A DNA stretch of 64,000 nt from Mytilus edulis (GCF_963676685.1 NC_092345.1:80786001-80850000), one strand, 5' to 3'; positions 14,701-28,018 are shown, counted from the stretch's first letter. Notes: generated by a model not told the origin, from the letters alone. A program made the numbers and translations.

Positions 14701-17700
14701 GCTTTATATATAAAGTATTAAAATATTACTGAATATGCGTTCCTGTATATACCAACGCTATTTTTTTGGCAAAAACAAATAGTGTACATTATTGTCAGAT
14801 TTAGGAAAATGTTAAGTTATCAAAATTTATAGGTTTTAAAATATAAGATTACATGAAATTTCGTTTCTGTAAATTATGCTCACAAAAGTACATAGATAGA
14901 CCATATCAAAATCGAATTTTTGCAGCACTCACACCACATATCAAAATGTATGGCTTCTTGCAAGATGTCCAATGTCGGAATTCGCCGCTTTTTATAAATA
15001 AACTGTCATTTTGCGACGTTATTTATTGAAATTTTAGAATTGTTGCATCCTAAATCTAGTGCTCTTCCATAATTGTACTTTAACTCTACAAAACAGCTTC
15101 ATACTTTCTGATACTTTGCGTAGTCAAAACGACTTCGTTTTCAAAGAAATTAAATGTCTTGCAAGTTTGTCCACTATACGTTTTTCATACGTTTCATCAA
15201 CGTTGTCGATTCGGGACGCTATTTATGGTTGGAAATCCTCTGTTTATATTTCATCAGATAGAATTTTATTGATAGTTAGATACTATATCAACAATACCAC
15301 AAAGTATAAAAAAAAATCGATGACTGGGGTTGTTCGATTAAATGAAGTTGTAAAAAGGTTGTGTATTACGAGAGGATAAACAATCATCTTTTTCAAATTT
15401 TCAAACTTGAGAAGCGTAAAACTGTATTTTTTTTTATCTCTCTGCAATAAGATTCATATGTCTAGAACTTGAAACCGAAAATGAAATTGGGCCTGAAGCG
15501 TGAATGTATACCTTTCCATATCAAACAAAGCTTGTAAATATATGAGATGAATAAAAAAAAAACATTTTTTTTATGACTATCGTTTCATTTCTTAATTATA
15601 ATTGTTACGTTATTAAAGAAAATAACGTGAATATTATGAGCAAGACCCGTTTAACTTGTTATTCACGACAAACTTTTTTTAATTAAAGCAAAATATATAT
15701 CTTCTTCCTTTTTCGGATCTAAATGGGAAAACATTGCATTTTATTACGTTTTATGTAAATGAGTCTTTGGTAGAGGGTTGTCTCATTGGCACTCATCATA
15801 CCGTTTACATCTTCTCATTTCATATAGACTTATGCATTACCCAAATACGATATATTTTGTTGTTTGTTGCTTACATTACTTTCAGTGGGAAATATTTCAT
15901 GCATATTCAATACAACCAAACATTAAGAAGTATCTATTTCGATGTGCAACACAAAAATTTGAAGCGAAATAAAAAAATATCCCCACTAATCATTTATTGC
16001 CGTAAAACGTAAAAAAAATGACCTTACCGTTTGAGACGCAATATCGTGCGTATCGTCTGCCAGAGTGTTCCACATTCCCTCACCAGAAATGCCAGATGAC
16101 CCACTCTTTCCTCCTATGTGATGTCATCTCGGTAGGTGAGACTGATTATCCATCATATCCTTCCCAGTCAGATGAAATCACATCCGAATGGAGCCTCCAT
16201 CATACTATTATTACGCTTTTGAAAAGGATAAACTTAGATCAAATTCATTCAAAATATATTTTATTAAGGCACAGATAGATCAATTTTTTATCAAAATAAC
16301 AGCAAAAATAAGAAAATTTAGTAATTAAACAGAATAAATATAGTTGAACATAATTTTGTGCAATTTCCATTTTGTTAATTGACTGTGTAATGTGCTTTTT
16401 ATTACATACTTTTCTCCTTTGCTGAAATTTGTATTTTATTTCAAATCATTTATAATAAGTTTGGTCTATATTTAATCTCTTCATTGAAGGAAAGGCTCCT
16501 TGGATAGAAATAGAAACTTCGACATTTGCAGAAGATTGGCAGAAGATGTTAGAGGATCCTAAATTTTCCGATGTTACTTTTTTATTTGAAGACGGGCAAC
16601 AAAAACTTCAGGCACATAAATTAGTTTTATGCTCTGCATCCAAATACTTTTGTCAAATCTTGGGATTGCCAAATAGCAAAACAGTAAGTGTATATAAAGA
16701 TATTGCTAATAAAATAGAGGATGTCCATTGGGAAAGTGTCGAAGAGGCAACAACCCGACCAAAGAGTAAAAAAATAGTCGAAGGCCACCAATGGGTCTTC
16801 AACCCAACGAGAAGATCAGTTTCACTCATTTTTTAATGAAATAAATACAGCAATACAGCAATATGTAAAAAGTGATTCCAGCTGAGAAATTATCAGATAT
16901 ATAACGATTCTTGGTTCAGATTCAACTAATAATTTTGGGATCTCTTATGTATACTTTATTCTCTGATATATACATTATATCAACTTTTCTGCATACCTGC
17001 AATTTTGATAGAGTGGGGTGCTCATTTTCACCGGGGACACAATTTCGCCGTTTAAGGATTTTGATGTGTAAAAACTTCAAAGGATGGCTGAAATGGAAGA
17101 AATGTACCCGTAAATTATATTTTTATAACAAATATAATATTTTTTTAAACTGAGACAAAATTGCGGCTCCTACCGAAAATGACCGAAAAACGGACAACGA
17201 TTTTCGGACAATTTCCTGAATAAAAAACACGATTTCAAAGAAGTATTTCTAAGTAAATATTTGAGCTTAAGTATATTTTGCATTTGCAGTTATCTTCATA
17301 TAGAAATATCAGTACACTTCAAAAACATTTAGGCCTGAACATAAACTGTAGAAAACATGGAAAGATGTGGCGAAAATGAGCACCCCACTCTACTGTTCAT
17401 TACTAAATTTTATGCTATATTAGCATTGGATTGACATATTAAAATATGATTATGGGAACAAATCAAAACAGCATTTGCATGCTTCTGATTTTCGTTTTTT
17501 AGAATCAACTTAGCAATATTGACAATAAACAAATATCACTTGAAGAGTTAAACTCTGGTAGAATAGAAGGCATTGCAGCAGTATATCTATCCGAAGAAAA
17601 GTACAAGGCAACGATAACAACAGTCGAAATAAGCGCAAATATTACTGCTAAAACATTTGCACGGGTGCTAGAATTCATTTACACAGGTAAATAAAGTACA

Positions 17701-20700
17701 ATTTAACGTATTAAGTTTCCAAATTATAACCATGTTTTGTGCTACCGTATTTTCTTGGGAAATGAGAAACCAGCTAACATTTATGTTTAAACTTCATAAA
17801 GACATAAAGAAACACACCAGTTTGATATTCGATAATACCTGAAGAAAGTAATGCAACAATCCAGATTTGGATGGAGAGTCAGTGTCTCATAGGCACCCTT
17901 ATACCACATCGTCTAATATTTATGTGTGTGTTATTTACAAATTAAATATATCTATCTAAACTGGCTCCCGCCAAATCCAACACATTTAGTAATGCATTTT
18001 ATTATTGTATGTTCTCGTGGTAAACCTACATTTATACCGGACAGTATAGTACGTGTTTTCCTTTCCTATTGGTTTATTTCATTTCAATATAAATAAATTT
18101 GGTGTATTTACTGTCTTCTGATTGGTTAAAAGAATTAGCCTTATTTTCAATGTTATCAATTTTTATGGCGACACGCCCACCCTAACGTTGTGTATTCATA
18201 CGCAAACATCTATGTACGTTGTTATTCGTATTAATATACATCTTTGAGCCTTATTTTTGATAGAAATTTATTTATAATGAATGGCAATAATTTATTTTGA
18301 ATTTATTGAACCATAAAATTAATTTTTAACTCTTCACATTTAACATAATCCGCTTCGCAGATTATTCAATGTGAAGAGTCAAAAATTAATTTTATGGTTC
18401 AATAAATTCAAAATAAATAACAGCCATTCATTAAAATGATAAATGTTTACGTACAATATAAAGTTAAATAAACTCATCATAGATACCAGGACTAAATTTC
18501 GTATATACGTCAGACGCGCGTTTCGTCTACAAAAGACTCATCAGTGACGCTCGAATCCAAAAAAGTTAAAAAGGCCAAATAAAGTACGAAGTTGAAGAGC
18601 ATTGAGGACCAAAATTCCTAAAAGTTTTGCCAAATTCAGCTATTAATTGTAAACAGTTAATTTATAAATATAATCATATCAATGATAATTCATGTCAGCA
18701 CAAAAATGACTTTACAACTTTTAGAATATAAAAGGGAAAATAACAAAAATATCGAACTCCGAGGAAAATTCAAAACAGAAAGTTCATAATCAAATGGCAA
18801 AATCAAAAGCTCAAAACACATCAAACAAATGTTATAATTGATTAAATCATAAATTTTAAAAGTCATATATTTTTTATCGAATTCTTTTAAGACATATATT
18901 TCATTGGATTGTTTTTATTAATATTTAGGTGTTCCAAGGATTCCAGAAATTCATGAAGATTTGTCAGAAGTACAGGAACTATGCCGAGTTGCAAAAATAT
19001 TCAATCTTTCCATGCTGGAAACCATTTGCAGAAACATTGAGAACGAAGAGGACTTTCTGAATCCGAGTATTGGTACTTATCTCAACGACGAGACTGGAAA
19101 AGAAATGAAAACCTTGTTTTTTAATAAACCATCATGCTGTGACGTTATCTTTAGAGTCGAAGGTAAATCTAATGTATATTATGATTTTTTAAACAGGTTT
19201 CGAAGTGACAATTAACCTTCTTTACTAACTAATGTCTTATAATAAAGAGACAATTCACACTAGTTTAGAAAAAAATTAGCCATCGAATTAGTGATTTGAA
19301 CTATGCATTATGTTAATATGCAAGATGTGCATGCATGTATGTTACATTTTAGATTCGAAATAAAGGTTCATTCATTTTAAGTATGAACGGCAATAAATGC
19401 TAAATGTGGTGTACTATGTATTATAAATTATCTCTTTAAATATGAAGGGTATCAGAAGTGTGCACATTTTATTATTTAATGAATGGCTATTATCTATTTT
19501 GAATTTATTGAACCATAAAACTAATCTTTGACTCTTCACATTGAATAATCCGCGAAGCGGATTAAGTAAAATATGAAGAGTCAAAAATTAGTTTTATGGT
19601 TCAATAAAATCAAAATAGATAATAGCCATTAATTATAAATAAATTTCTATCAAAAATAAGGCTCAAGGAACATTTTATATTATTTATATTAACAATAACA
19701 ACGTACACACATGTTGGCGTATGAATACACAGAGTGGGCGTGTCGCCATCAAAATTGACAACATTGAAAATAAAACTAATAATTTTAACCAATCAGAAGA
19801 CAGTAAATACACCAAATTTATTTATACCTAAATAAGGTTATATATTAAAGTTGTTGTATTGTCTGAAAACCATGTATATATTGTAGATCAGAGTATCTAT
19901 GCCAATAAAGTGGTCCTATGTGCCAGATGTCCTGTGATGGCAGCTATGTTTAGTGGGAAATTTGTGGAAAGTGACAATGAAATATTAACAGAGGTAATTC
20001 AATTTGAAATTCTTTATTTTTTCATATATATCAGTGAACAAAGTCAGCGAATTGATCATAACATAGAACAAATAGGAAAAACTATTAAATTATTCAATGA
20101 AAAACAGTTATTTGCACTAGCGAGTATTTATTAGATAAATTGAGTCAAAAAGTGAGAAAATATTGAATTGTTGATGACTTACGAAGGGAAAAAATTCATT
20201 ATGCGAAAATGATGACAACACGGCACTCAATTTCGAAGATGAATATCGAAAGTATTCATATATCTGCGACGGAATTAAAAAAAATATCTCCTAAGTGTTC
20301 TTGCATTTATTTTTCATGTATTCCTGTCATTATAGCGCAATTTAAACATTGCCATTAAGCGCGATGTTTTGCTAGACACACAAAGAGGTTCAACCTACCC
20401 ATGTGAGCTTATGCCATCACTTGGTTTCCGTCGTCTTCCGTCGTCGTCGTGGTCGTCGACGTAAACTATTTCAAGAATCTTCTCCTCTGAAACTACTGGG
20501 CCAAATACCTTCAAACTTCAACTGAATGTTCAATATGGTATTTAATTTATAAATTGTATCCGAACTTTTGATACATCAACAAACATGGCCACAATGGCTA
20601 GCAATATAACATAGGGGTCAAGTGCAGTTTTTGGCTTATATCTCAAACCTGAAGTATTTAGAGCAAATCTGACATAGGGTTAAATGTTCAACAGGTCAAG

Positions 20701-22258
20701 ATCTATCAGCCCTAAGATTTTTGGACGATGAGTGTCTGATTGGCAAACCTACAACATCTCCTAACTTTTAAATGGATGCATTAAATAGTAACCAATTAAC
20801 AAGAGCGCTTCATGCTAACATTTCGATTTTCGATATTTCTTATATTCAGTGAAAAAAATGTCTTAGAGAACATGTAAAATTATAGATATTGCATTTGGTA
20901 GACATGCTTTGAACTGAATTTGATTTGATTTTATTTTAGGTGAAAATACCAAACACTTCCGTGGAATGTTTTCTTGCATTGTTGGAATACATGTATACAG
21001 ATCATGCTCCAATCGAAGAAACTGATTCTGTTGGCATTGTGGTATTGGCAGATGAATATGGACAGTCTCGATTAGTTGATCTGTGTGAATTGTATACAAC
21101 AAAAGAAGTTGATAAAAGTGTCACAAAACGGATTGAAAAAGCGGAGATTGATGTTATCGGTCTTCTGCTCACAGCTCAGGTAACTCTTTTATTGCTACTA
21201 TTGTTATTGCTTGAAGCGACACTATAAATACATAATTTTATCGGCATTTTTTATATTTTCCCATTTGATCTTACTGCCTTATAATTTTTAAAGATTGAGA
21301 ACAAGACTGGATACCTGAAAATATTGGACAATGACGTCTTGTATAAGTGCTCAAGTCCACCCGCATCAATTAAACATCAAAATGCATGCAACTTCAATTA
21401 TACAACTGAACAACTTTACAAACGTTCCATACGCTTAAATGTAGTTTTACTTCCCATTTCTTTTTACTCCATATCGAAATACGAACGAAAAGGAAAATTG
21501 CATTTCAGATAAATTTCCAATATAAAGAATTACCGATATTAATCACCCTAGCAGGCTCGCTTGAAGTTCTTGCTGATAAAGACATTATAAAAATCAAGAT
21601 GCCATTATTTTATATGTATTTTCTATCTCACAATGGAAACCTTGACATTCTTTTATTTTCATTGGTCACAATTTCTTATAAGCACTAAAAATAAATCGAA
21701 ATTCTAGTGATCTCAATTTGTTAAGTGTTTTCTTCAGAGATATTTATTTTAATAAAATATTTATACTGCTTAAACCTATGTAATATATAACAAGTGTTTA
21801 CATAACACTCATTATGGTCACGTATATGCTTACATGTGATAGTGATATGTCAGTCAACATATGCTTCACACCATCCACGTGACTATCACGTGTCACCTTT
21901 TTTTATATTTTTGAATTATCTTGTATATATTCGATCATTTTGTTGTTAAATAAAGCATTAATCTATGTATTTACTGGTATCAGGTGCATTTTTGTCTAGA
22001 CAGTTCAAGTTGAATATGGTATACTAAGAATTTAATTTATTTCAGGCTTACAACGCTAACCAGTTAGCTGGATGGTGTTTACATTTTATTTCTTCCAACT
22101 ACATAGCTTTTGAAAAGAGGCAAGACTTTTCCAAGTTAAAAGGAGATAACAAAGATCATGTTGAAGAACATCGTTGGCCTCCGTTGTCGTACCTTAAAGA
22201 GGTGGAAGTTTATGAAGCAGAGATGAAGAAAAGAGGCGAAAAGTGTAGAATAATGTGA
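8587..22258 (+). CDS. RhoBTB: Rho-related BTB-domain protein (RhoBTB/RacA-like), 10 coding exons, 589 aa
   Basis: Exons 8587-8769, 10283-10451, 11819-11952, 12388-12499, 16490-16683, 17503-17686, 18929-19162, 19887-19993, 20940-21179, 22046-22258. All introns are GT-AG with compatible phases; total 1770 nt, open. Motifs: [44 protein letters not shown]; Pro-rich PIPPVMPP; BTB1 ([27 protein letters not shown]); BTB2 ([36 protein letters not shown]); RhoBTB-type tail [15 protein letters not shown]; ends CRIM*. Confidence 0.93.
9190..9612. repeat. 42-bp minisatellite in intron 1
   Basis: Unit aatacaagaccaggaacagcaattagctctatcataacgttc; shorter copy at ~27085-27290. Confidence 0.9.
10283..10451 (+). 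CDS. RhoBTB: RhoBTB exon 2 (GTPase)
   Basis: tttccag|GAAGAT...TCAG|gtaagc; [15 protein letters not shown]...VLVGCKS. Confidence 0.92.
11819..11952 (+). CDS. RhoBTB: RhoBTB exon 3 (end of GTPase)
   Basis: ttttacag|AT...GCA|gtaagt; [11 protein letters not shown]...[19 protein letters not shown]. Too short for the ORF track. Confidence 0.9.
12388..12499 (+). CDS. RhoBTB: RhoBTB exon 4 (basic and Pro-rich linker)
   Basis: accag|ATT...GCTG|gtaagt; [37 protein letters not shown]. Confidence 0.88.
12500..13760. repeat. 42-bp minisatellite in intron 4 (~29 units)
   Basis: Unit atcgataggcaagctaaatgatcgtatatccccattaatgct; accounts for the repetitive ORFs here. Confidence 0.93.
13780..14399. mobile_element. 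MITE with TTAA TSD (Kolobok-like, purine termini)
   Basis: ttaa|GGGCATATGATACAGTT...AACTGTATCGTATGCCC|ttaa; internally deleted copy at 31268-31718. Confidence 0.8.
16490..16683 (+). CDS. RhoBTB: RhoBTB exon 5 (N-terminal part of BTB1)
   Basis: gaag|GA...ACA|gtaagt; [11 protein letters not shown]...[14 protein letters not shown]. Confidence 0.9.
17011..17390. mobile_element. MITE with TA TSD
   Basis: ta|GAGTGGGGTGCTCATTTTC...GAAAATGAGCACCCCACTC|ta; copy at 34324-34703. Confidence 0.8.
17503..17686 (+). CDS. RhoBTB: RhoBTB exon 6 (BTB1 insert and C-terminal part)
   Basis: ttttag|AAT...ACAG|gtaaat; ...[15 protein letters not shown]. Confidence 0.88.
18088..18435 (+). repeat. ~350-bp interspersed element ending in a long hairpin
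   Basis: Internal palindrome around atccgcttcgcagat; inverted sister copy at 19475-19826. Confidence 0.75.
18929..19162 (+). CDS. RhoBTB: RhoBTB exon 7
   Basis: tttag|GT...GAAG|gtaaat; [11 protein letters not shown]...CCDVIFRVE. Confidence 0.9.
19475..19826 (-). repeat. Inverted copy of the 18088-18435 element
   Basis: Reverse-complement similarity along its length; duplicate at ~45306-45657. Confidence 0.75.
19887..19993 (+). CDS. RhoBTB: RhoBTB exon 8 (BTB2)
   Basis: tgtag|AT...GAG|gtaatt; [26 protein letters not shown]. Confidence 0.9.
20400..20720 (+). repeat. Pearl/HINE-like repeat fragment with (GTC)n microsatellite
   Basis: tgagcttatgccatcacttgg-(cgt)n-aaactatttcaagaatcttctcctctgaaac; copy at ~46238-46560; family assigned from memory. 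Confidence 0.4.
20940..21179 (+). CDS. RhoBTB: RhoBTB exon 9 (C-terminal part of BTB2)
   Basis: ttttag|GTG...CAG|gtaact; [12 protein letters not shown]...RLVDLCE. Confidence 0.9.
22046..22258 (+). CDS. RhoBTB: RhoBTB terminal exon (C-terminal domain, CAAX)
   Basis: ttcag|GCT...TGT AGA ATA ATG TGA; [19 protein letters not shown]...[12 protein letters not shown]...KCRIM*. Confidence 0.9.
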   Translation, partial: AYNANQLAGWCLHFISSNYIAFEKRQDFSKLKGDNKDHVEEHRWPPLSYLKEVEVYEAEMKKRGEKCRIM

Positions 22259-25200
22259 AGTCGCTGGTTAAAACAATTACCGATTTCATAAAAGCTTCAC
22301 AGGGTCGTTGGCAATTTTGCAATTATGTGATTTTATCGAAAGGACCATTGTAATTCTCAGACCGAGACTTTCAGCTAGAGATGTTAAAGATATAACTTCG
22401 ATTTATTTCGGAACACTGTAAAAATGCAATGGAAACAATATATTGTCACACGGTTGAAAATATTGTTTAATTTGAAAGCTTAAATAAATCTTAAGTCTTT
22501 TTTTCTATATTGAGTAGTTCTTACATGGTTCTAATATGATTTTGCAAAATATCTAATTGATTTGACTTCCAAATTGGACTATGAATTTAATGCATAAAAC
22601 AAATGGTAGCTTGCTTATTTTAAAGACAACTTTTGTGAAGAAAATCATTGGCATCCGTTTGTCGTACCTTAAAGAGGGTGGACGTTTATGAAGCAGAGAA
22701 GAAGAAAATAGGCGAAGGGTGTTGAATAATGTTAACAAATACAACATAAAACAAATGTTACCTTGCTTATTTTAAAGAAAACAAGAGATATTTAACCAAC
22801 GATATCGTGTCATAGTTTACCACTCAGCTGATACCTCGCAGAAGACTATAAGTCCCGAAGTGTATCACAAGCGTAGTAGTCATAACTTCGGATTTCGCAT
22901 TGAAACAAACATTTTTTTCCTTCAAAATTTGATGTTATTTGTTCTGCCTCAATGCATATTATAGCCATAAGACACAAACAGATATAATCATTTATTCCGA
23001 AAACCACGAAACAATGAGTTCGACATATTTGTGCTATGATATTTTTAAATGATTATGCGTTGACGTAGTTTATGATACTTTCGCTCATTACACATATGCA
23101 AAAGCTATCATATCAATGCTTAAGTATATGTTATCGAAAACAATGTTTTACGTCCTACAAATACAAACGTGAGTTTTGTTTTAAACAAGTACCAAGTCAG
23201 GAAAATGGCCATTGTTACATTATACTTCGTTTCTGTGTGTGTTACGTTTCGGTGTTGTGTCGTAGTTCTATTATATTTGGTACGTTTCCCTCAGTTTTAG
23301 TTTGTAACCCGGATTTGTTTTTTCTATATCGATTTATGAATTTTGAACAGCGGTATACTACTGTTGCCTTTAATTTATCAAGTATTGTTCTATACAGTAT
23401 TCAATATTCACAATCAGTCTACCAACAAAACCATCTTACTAACTGGTCTTGTATATGTAACAGCTTTTCCTTCCTTATAGATGCAGATACGAGCGCGTCT
23501 TGCGTACTTTTTAATCATCGCTTTTCATAACATTCTTAACATTGCCTAGTGGCCAATCTCCTGGGTAAACAAATTTGTTTTTCATACGAATTACATCTCC
23601 GACCTTAATATTGTCAACAAGCAATTTTCGTCTCTGTTGCAAACTTTGTGAATAATTTTACCTCCAATGCTTTCAGAAAATATCTGATAGTACTTGCACA
23701 CATTTCCACTGAATATTTCTGAATTTTACTGTGCGTATTGCTGTGTTTTTGTTATTTCACACTTGCTAGTGGTAGAGGGGAGGGTTGAGATATCAAACAT
23801 ATGTTTACCCTCTACTGCCCTTACCTGCATGTTTGTGCCTGCCCTTAGTCAGGAAACGCTAGTCTTTGCAAGTCCTGTATGGTTTTTGGTGGAAGAAGAC
23901 TGCAAGTCTTCTGAAGACCTCTGGTGCCGACTTTACAACCGTTACAACCTCCGTATGCAGCATCCCTTTCTGTGCATAACAATTTCATAAAAACTTCCGA
24001 TTCTTGACATCGATTTTTACTCATGATTAAGCATCTGAATCTTTTTATTTGTAAATTAGGATTGAAAAACAATCACTATCGTAAATATGTACTCTTTTAT
24101 TTATGTAAATTATTAGATTTCATCTCATCTACATGAACATTGTTTGTTTACTTGTAACCGGATGTTTTTAATGTAGATCTTGTAGTACGCATGCGTGAAT
24201 TTAGATCGGGTCGACTCGCCCTGTTTACATGTTCGCTCTTGGTCTGTTCGTCCTTAGTTCTTTCGACCCTATAGTACGTTCGCCCTGTGTTCATTCTCTT
24301 CACTCTTATCAAGGACGTTTTATAATACGTTCTTGCATTTATTAAAAAAATATTATCGTTAAAAAAACCTCTCAAACAAGATTTAGTGAAAATCATCTGT
24401 TCCTTATTTTGTTCCCAAGGAAAAACAATCGTGTTCAGCCAATCAAATTCTGTGATTCTCATGATCAAATTAATAAGCCAATCAAAAACGTTTTCTCTGA
24501 AGATTATTCTAACATGCTAGATTTTGAACTTTGTTGTTTTCATCTTGTAAAATCCTGAATATGGCACAGCCGCAGGTGAATTTTCATCTGCAAAGAGGGT
24601 TCTTACACAGCTTAAGGATAAAAGCATGGCTGATTGACAAAAGTCAATGATGCAGTACTACAATAAAGATAATACTGAATAGTAGTTTTTCACTAATTTA
24701 TTGACATAATACGTTATGTTTGTATTCAATTAAATCATTTAAAGCACAATGTACTATTCTTTTTTTCACAAAGACCAACAAACAGGTTTGATGAAGTTGA
24801 AATCCAATCAACTTGAAACCGTAGTAGTACACATGTGTTCCTTATGATATGATCTTTCTAATTTTTCTGCCAAATTAAAGATTTTACCTAATTTTCATGG
24901 TCCACTGAACATAGAAAATGATTGTACGGATGGGAAATCTATGTACTTATGACACATTCTTGTTTGAAGAAAAAAATACGTCATAACGATAATGGAACAA
25001 AGCAGGCTGGGTTAGTGGGGCTGCTTTTATGGTAATTCAAGTTACCTTTTATTCACCTTCTTCCACCTCAGAGCTATCAGCTCTTTGATTTGTATATTTT
25101 GATTGATTTATTTTTTTCCATTAGAAGTAGAAGTTATTGTTAAGGGACCAAATGAAGCTGTGTTAAAGAACCATATTTGTGGCCTTGGACTGTTTTTTGC

Positions 25201-28018
25201 TCATTTGTCGGGCTGTTGTATCTTTGACGCATTCTTCATTTTCATTCTAAATATTTTGTTGAACCCAAAAGTCAATATTCTCTTATAGGTGAAACAACTA
25301 TGTACTGACCAAGTTAGAAAGGTAACAATTGTTCTATGATAACATTTTGTTATCCAATAGTTGAACATACCTTCCTATAATGAGCTTGCAACATGCACGA
25401 TCACGAATTTAAAAATTAATGGTATCATGCAAACGAATCAGTAGAACTAGTTATTTCTGTTATTCTCAATTCTAACATAGCATTGTGAAGAACGGATGAA
25501 AGCTCACTCTTTTGAATCCCTTTTAAAGTTTTCTAAAGATTTTTTGTTTCAGAGTTGCATACTTTAACCGTCAAATTTATCATGTAATTTTTCATATCGC
25601 ACAATAAATCAGCAACCATTTGATTCTAAGGGATGGGGACTTGCAAATTTAAAAATAAAAAGTTCCTGTCCCAATTTAGTTGGGAGTAAGCAATCTTGCA
25701 TCAAAAGGATCGCTTCGCTCGCAACATTTCACAAAATTATATTTAAAAGTTACAGATTATCAAGGTAAGTGCATCAGAAGCTAAAAATCTATAAAAAACA
25801 ATTTTGTTTTGTTTTTGAATTATCAATCAAATTTTTCCTTTTTTGGGCAATAACACACCTCTTTCCACTGACCTTTGATTAATCGATAATTTATGCTATG
25901 ATATTTTTACATTTCAATAGAACCAAACTTCTAGACTTCGTTCTTGCTGATCAATTTGTTTTGGAATTGTATGTATATTCAACAAAATAGGTGCTTGTTT
26001 CATGAAAGTAAATTTACTGAAGGGGACAAACAGTTGATTTTGAGGAGTTTTATGCCACTTTTTGGACGAGCAGAAAAAAAATATTTTGGCCCTGGTCCGA
26101 TCGGAAATAAAACATGGCTGCCTTTCTGTTTTTCAGTTAGGAGTAAGTATAATCTTATCTCATCAATTAAATTTGCCACGCGCCCTCTTCAGAAGTAAAT
26201 GGTTGTTCCAAATTTACGGTGCTTTAATCTTAAGATTATGGGGATTTCCCCTCATAGATCCCATTTACTATCTATATAATTTTTGCTTTGTTTGAAAAAA
26301 CTTTGTTTTGTGATTTATTTGAAGAAACTTTATTTTAACTTTGAAAATTTTCTGGTTAGTCATTATAGAGTTACGGGACTATCATATTAATCAAATCTTT
26401 CCCAAGTTGTACACTTGAGTATGACTTGGTGCATTTACTTGATACTTTCATTTTTCATTTATCTCTTCATTTATGTAAGTTTCACCTACTTGCCAACCTT
26501 TATTTTTCCATATTTTAACAGTTTTCACAGTGACCCATCGATTTCGGCATTTTACCTTTCATTTTTGCATGCCTCAAACCCCCACAATCGGGCCGATACT
26601 GGTAGAGGTGGCCTACCGGGAATACCCCAAATTTTTCTCGTTAGTCTTGTGGACTACATATTCTCTCAAGTTAGTGTCTAACAACTGCATATACGCTTTG
26701 CCTTTGCCACAAAATACCTAGTATCTGATGCAGGACAGTCGCCATCTTTCTTACAGCTTCACCATTATGCATAAGTATCTGCATATCTGATTGGCTCCCT
26801 GAAAGTGACGTATTAGATATCCTTATTTGGCATTTGCAGAATATTTCCCAACTACCTAGTGGATAGAGCTAATTGCTGTTCCTGGTTTCACAGTTTTAGA
26901 TTAAATATCTAAAATATATTTGGTTGATATTGTCCTTATATTGAATTTGAATATAATAATATGTAATATAACAAAACCAGGATTAATTCGTTACACAGTG
27001 TTCAATTGTCCTAATACGTAATTTATCGGGTCAATAAAATTCATATCGGTCTCCTATTAGGACAATTACACACTGTGAAACTAATAATACAAGACCAGGA
27101 ACAGCAATTAGCTCTATCATAACGTTCAATTCATGAACCAGGAACAGCAATTAGCTCTATAATAACGTTCAATATAAGACAGACACAGCAATAAGCTAGA
27201 TATCATAACGATATAAAAAGATCAGGAGAAGCAATTTATCTCTACCATAACGCTTTAAAAGAACAGGAAAAGCAATTAGTTCTATCATGTCGCTATTAAA
27301 GAATCAGAAAATAGCGGAGATCAGGAGAGGCACTAAGCTGTATCCTATTGGCATAAACGATCAGGAAAGACATTAGATCTAGGTATAGTCTTCATTCAGA
27401 AGCGCAATTCTTTTTCACAACAAAACTCACAGGCGCAATGATGGAACAACAACAGTCTAACAATAAACTACACCAATGACTCCTTTTTAGAGTCAAACTT
27501 TCAAATTAAAAACACATTTTCTGATCTTTTAACTAGATAGAAAATACTACCAGAAGAAGATGAAATGTGAAAAAAAACTACTTTTTGCCTTTAATTTCTG
27601 CAGATGAAATAATGCCCTCGCTTTATTATTTCTCTTTAACGTCGTAAAATGTATTAAACGTTTTATTTTGTTTTAAATTTAAGACCTATTTAGTGTCTTC
27701 TCGTTTTGAATTTTGATTTTTCCAGGAAGATTATGACCGACTTCGTCCTCTTTCATATCCACAAACAGATATAGTTTTGTTTTGTTTCTCTATTTCTGGA
27801 ACAGATTCACTAGAAAATATAACATCAAGGTGGATTCCCGAAATAGATCATTACATCCCAGACTGTCCTAGAGTTCTGGTTGGTTGCAAGTCAGGTAAGC
27901 AAATACTTTTTATTTTTCGTTGTCTTTCTTTTTACATTCTGCGAAATGTATTTTTTTCTCTCATTTGGTCACATATAAAGAACTTCTACGACCTTGTTTT
28001 TAAAATCTTCCGTAAATT

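Noticed and set aside
24140-24600. Possible promoter (two agccaatca CCAAT boxes)
   Set aside because: No associated exon or ORF could be supported.
23072-26721. ORFs downstream of the gene and their twins at 48948-52307
   Set aside because: No recognisable domains; they recur only because the region is duplicated; several overlap repeats.
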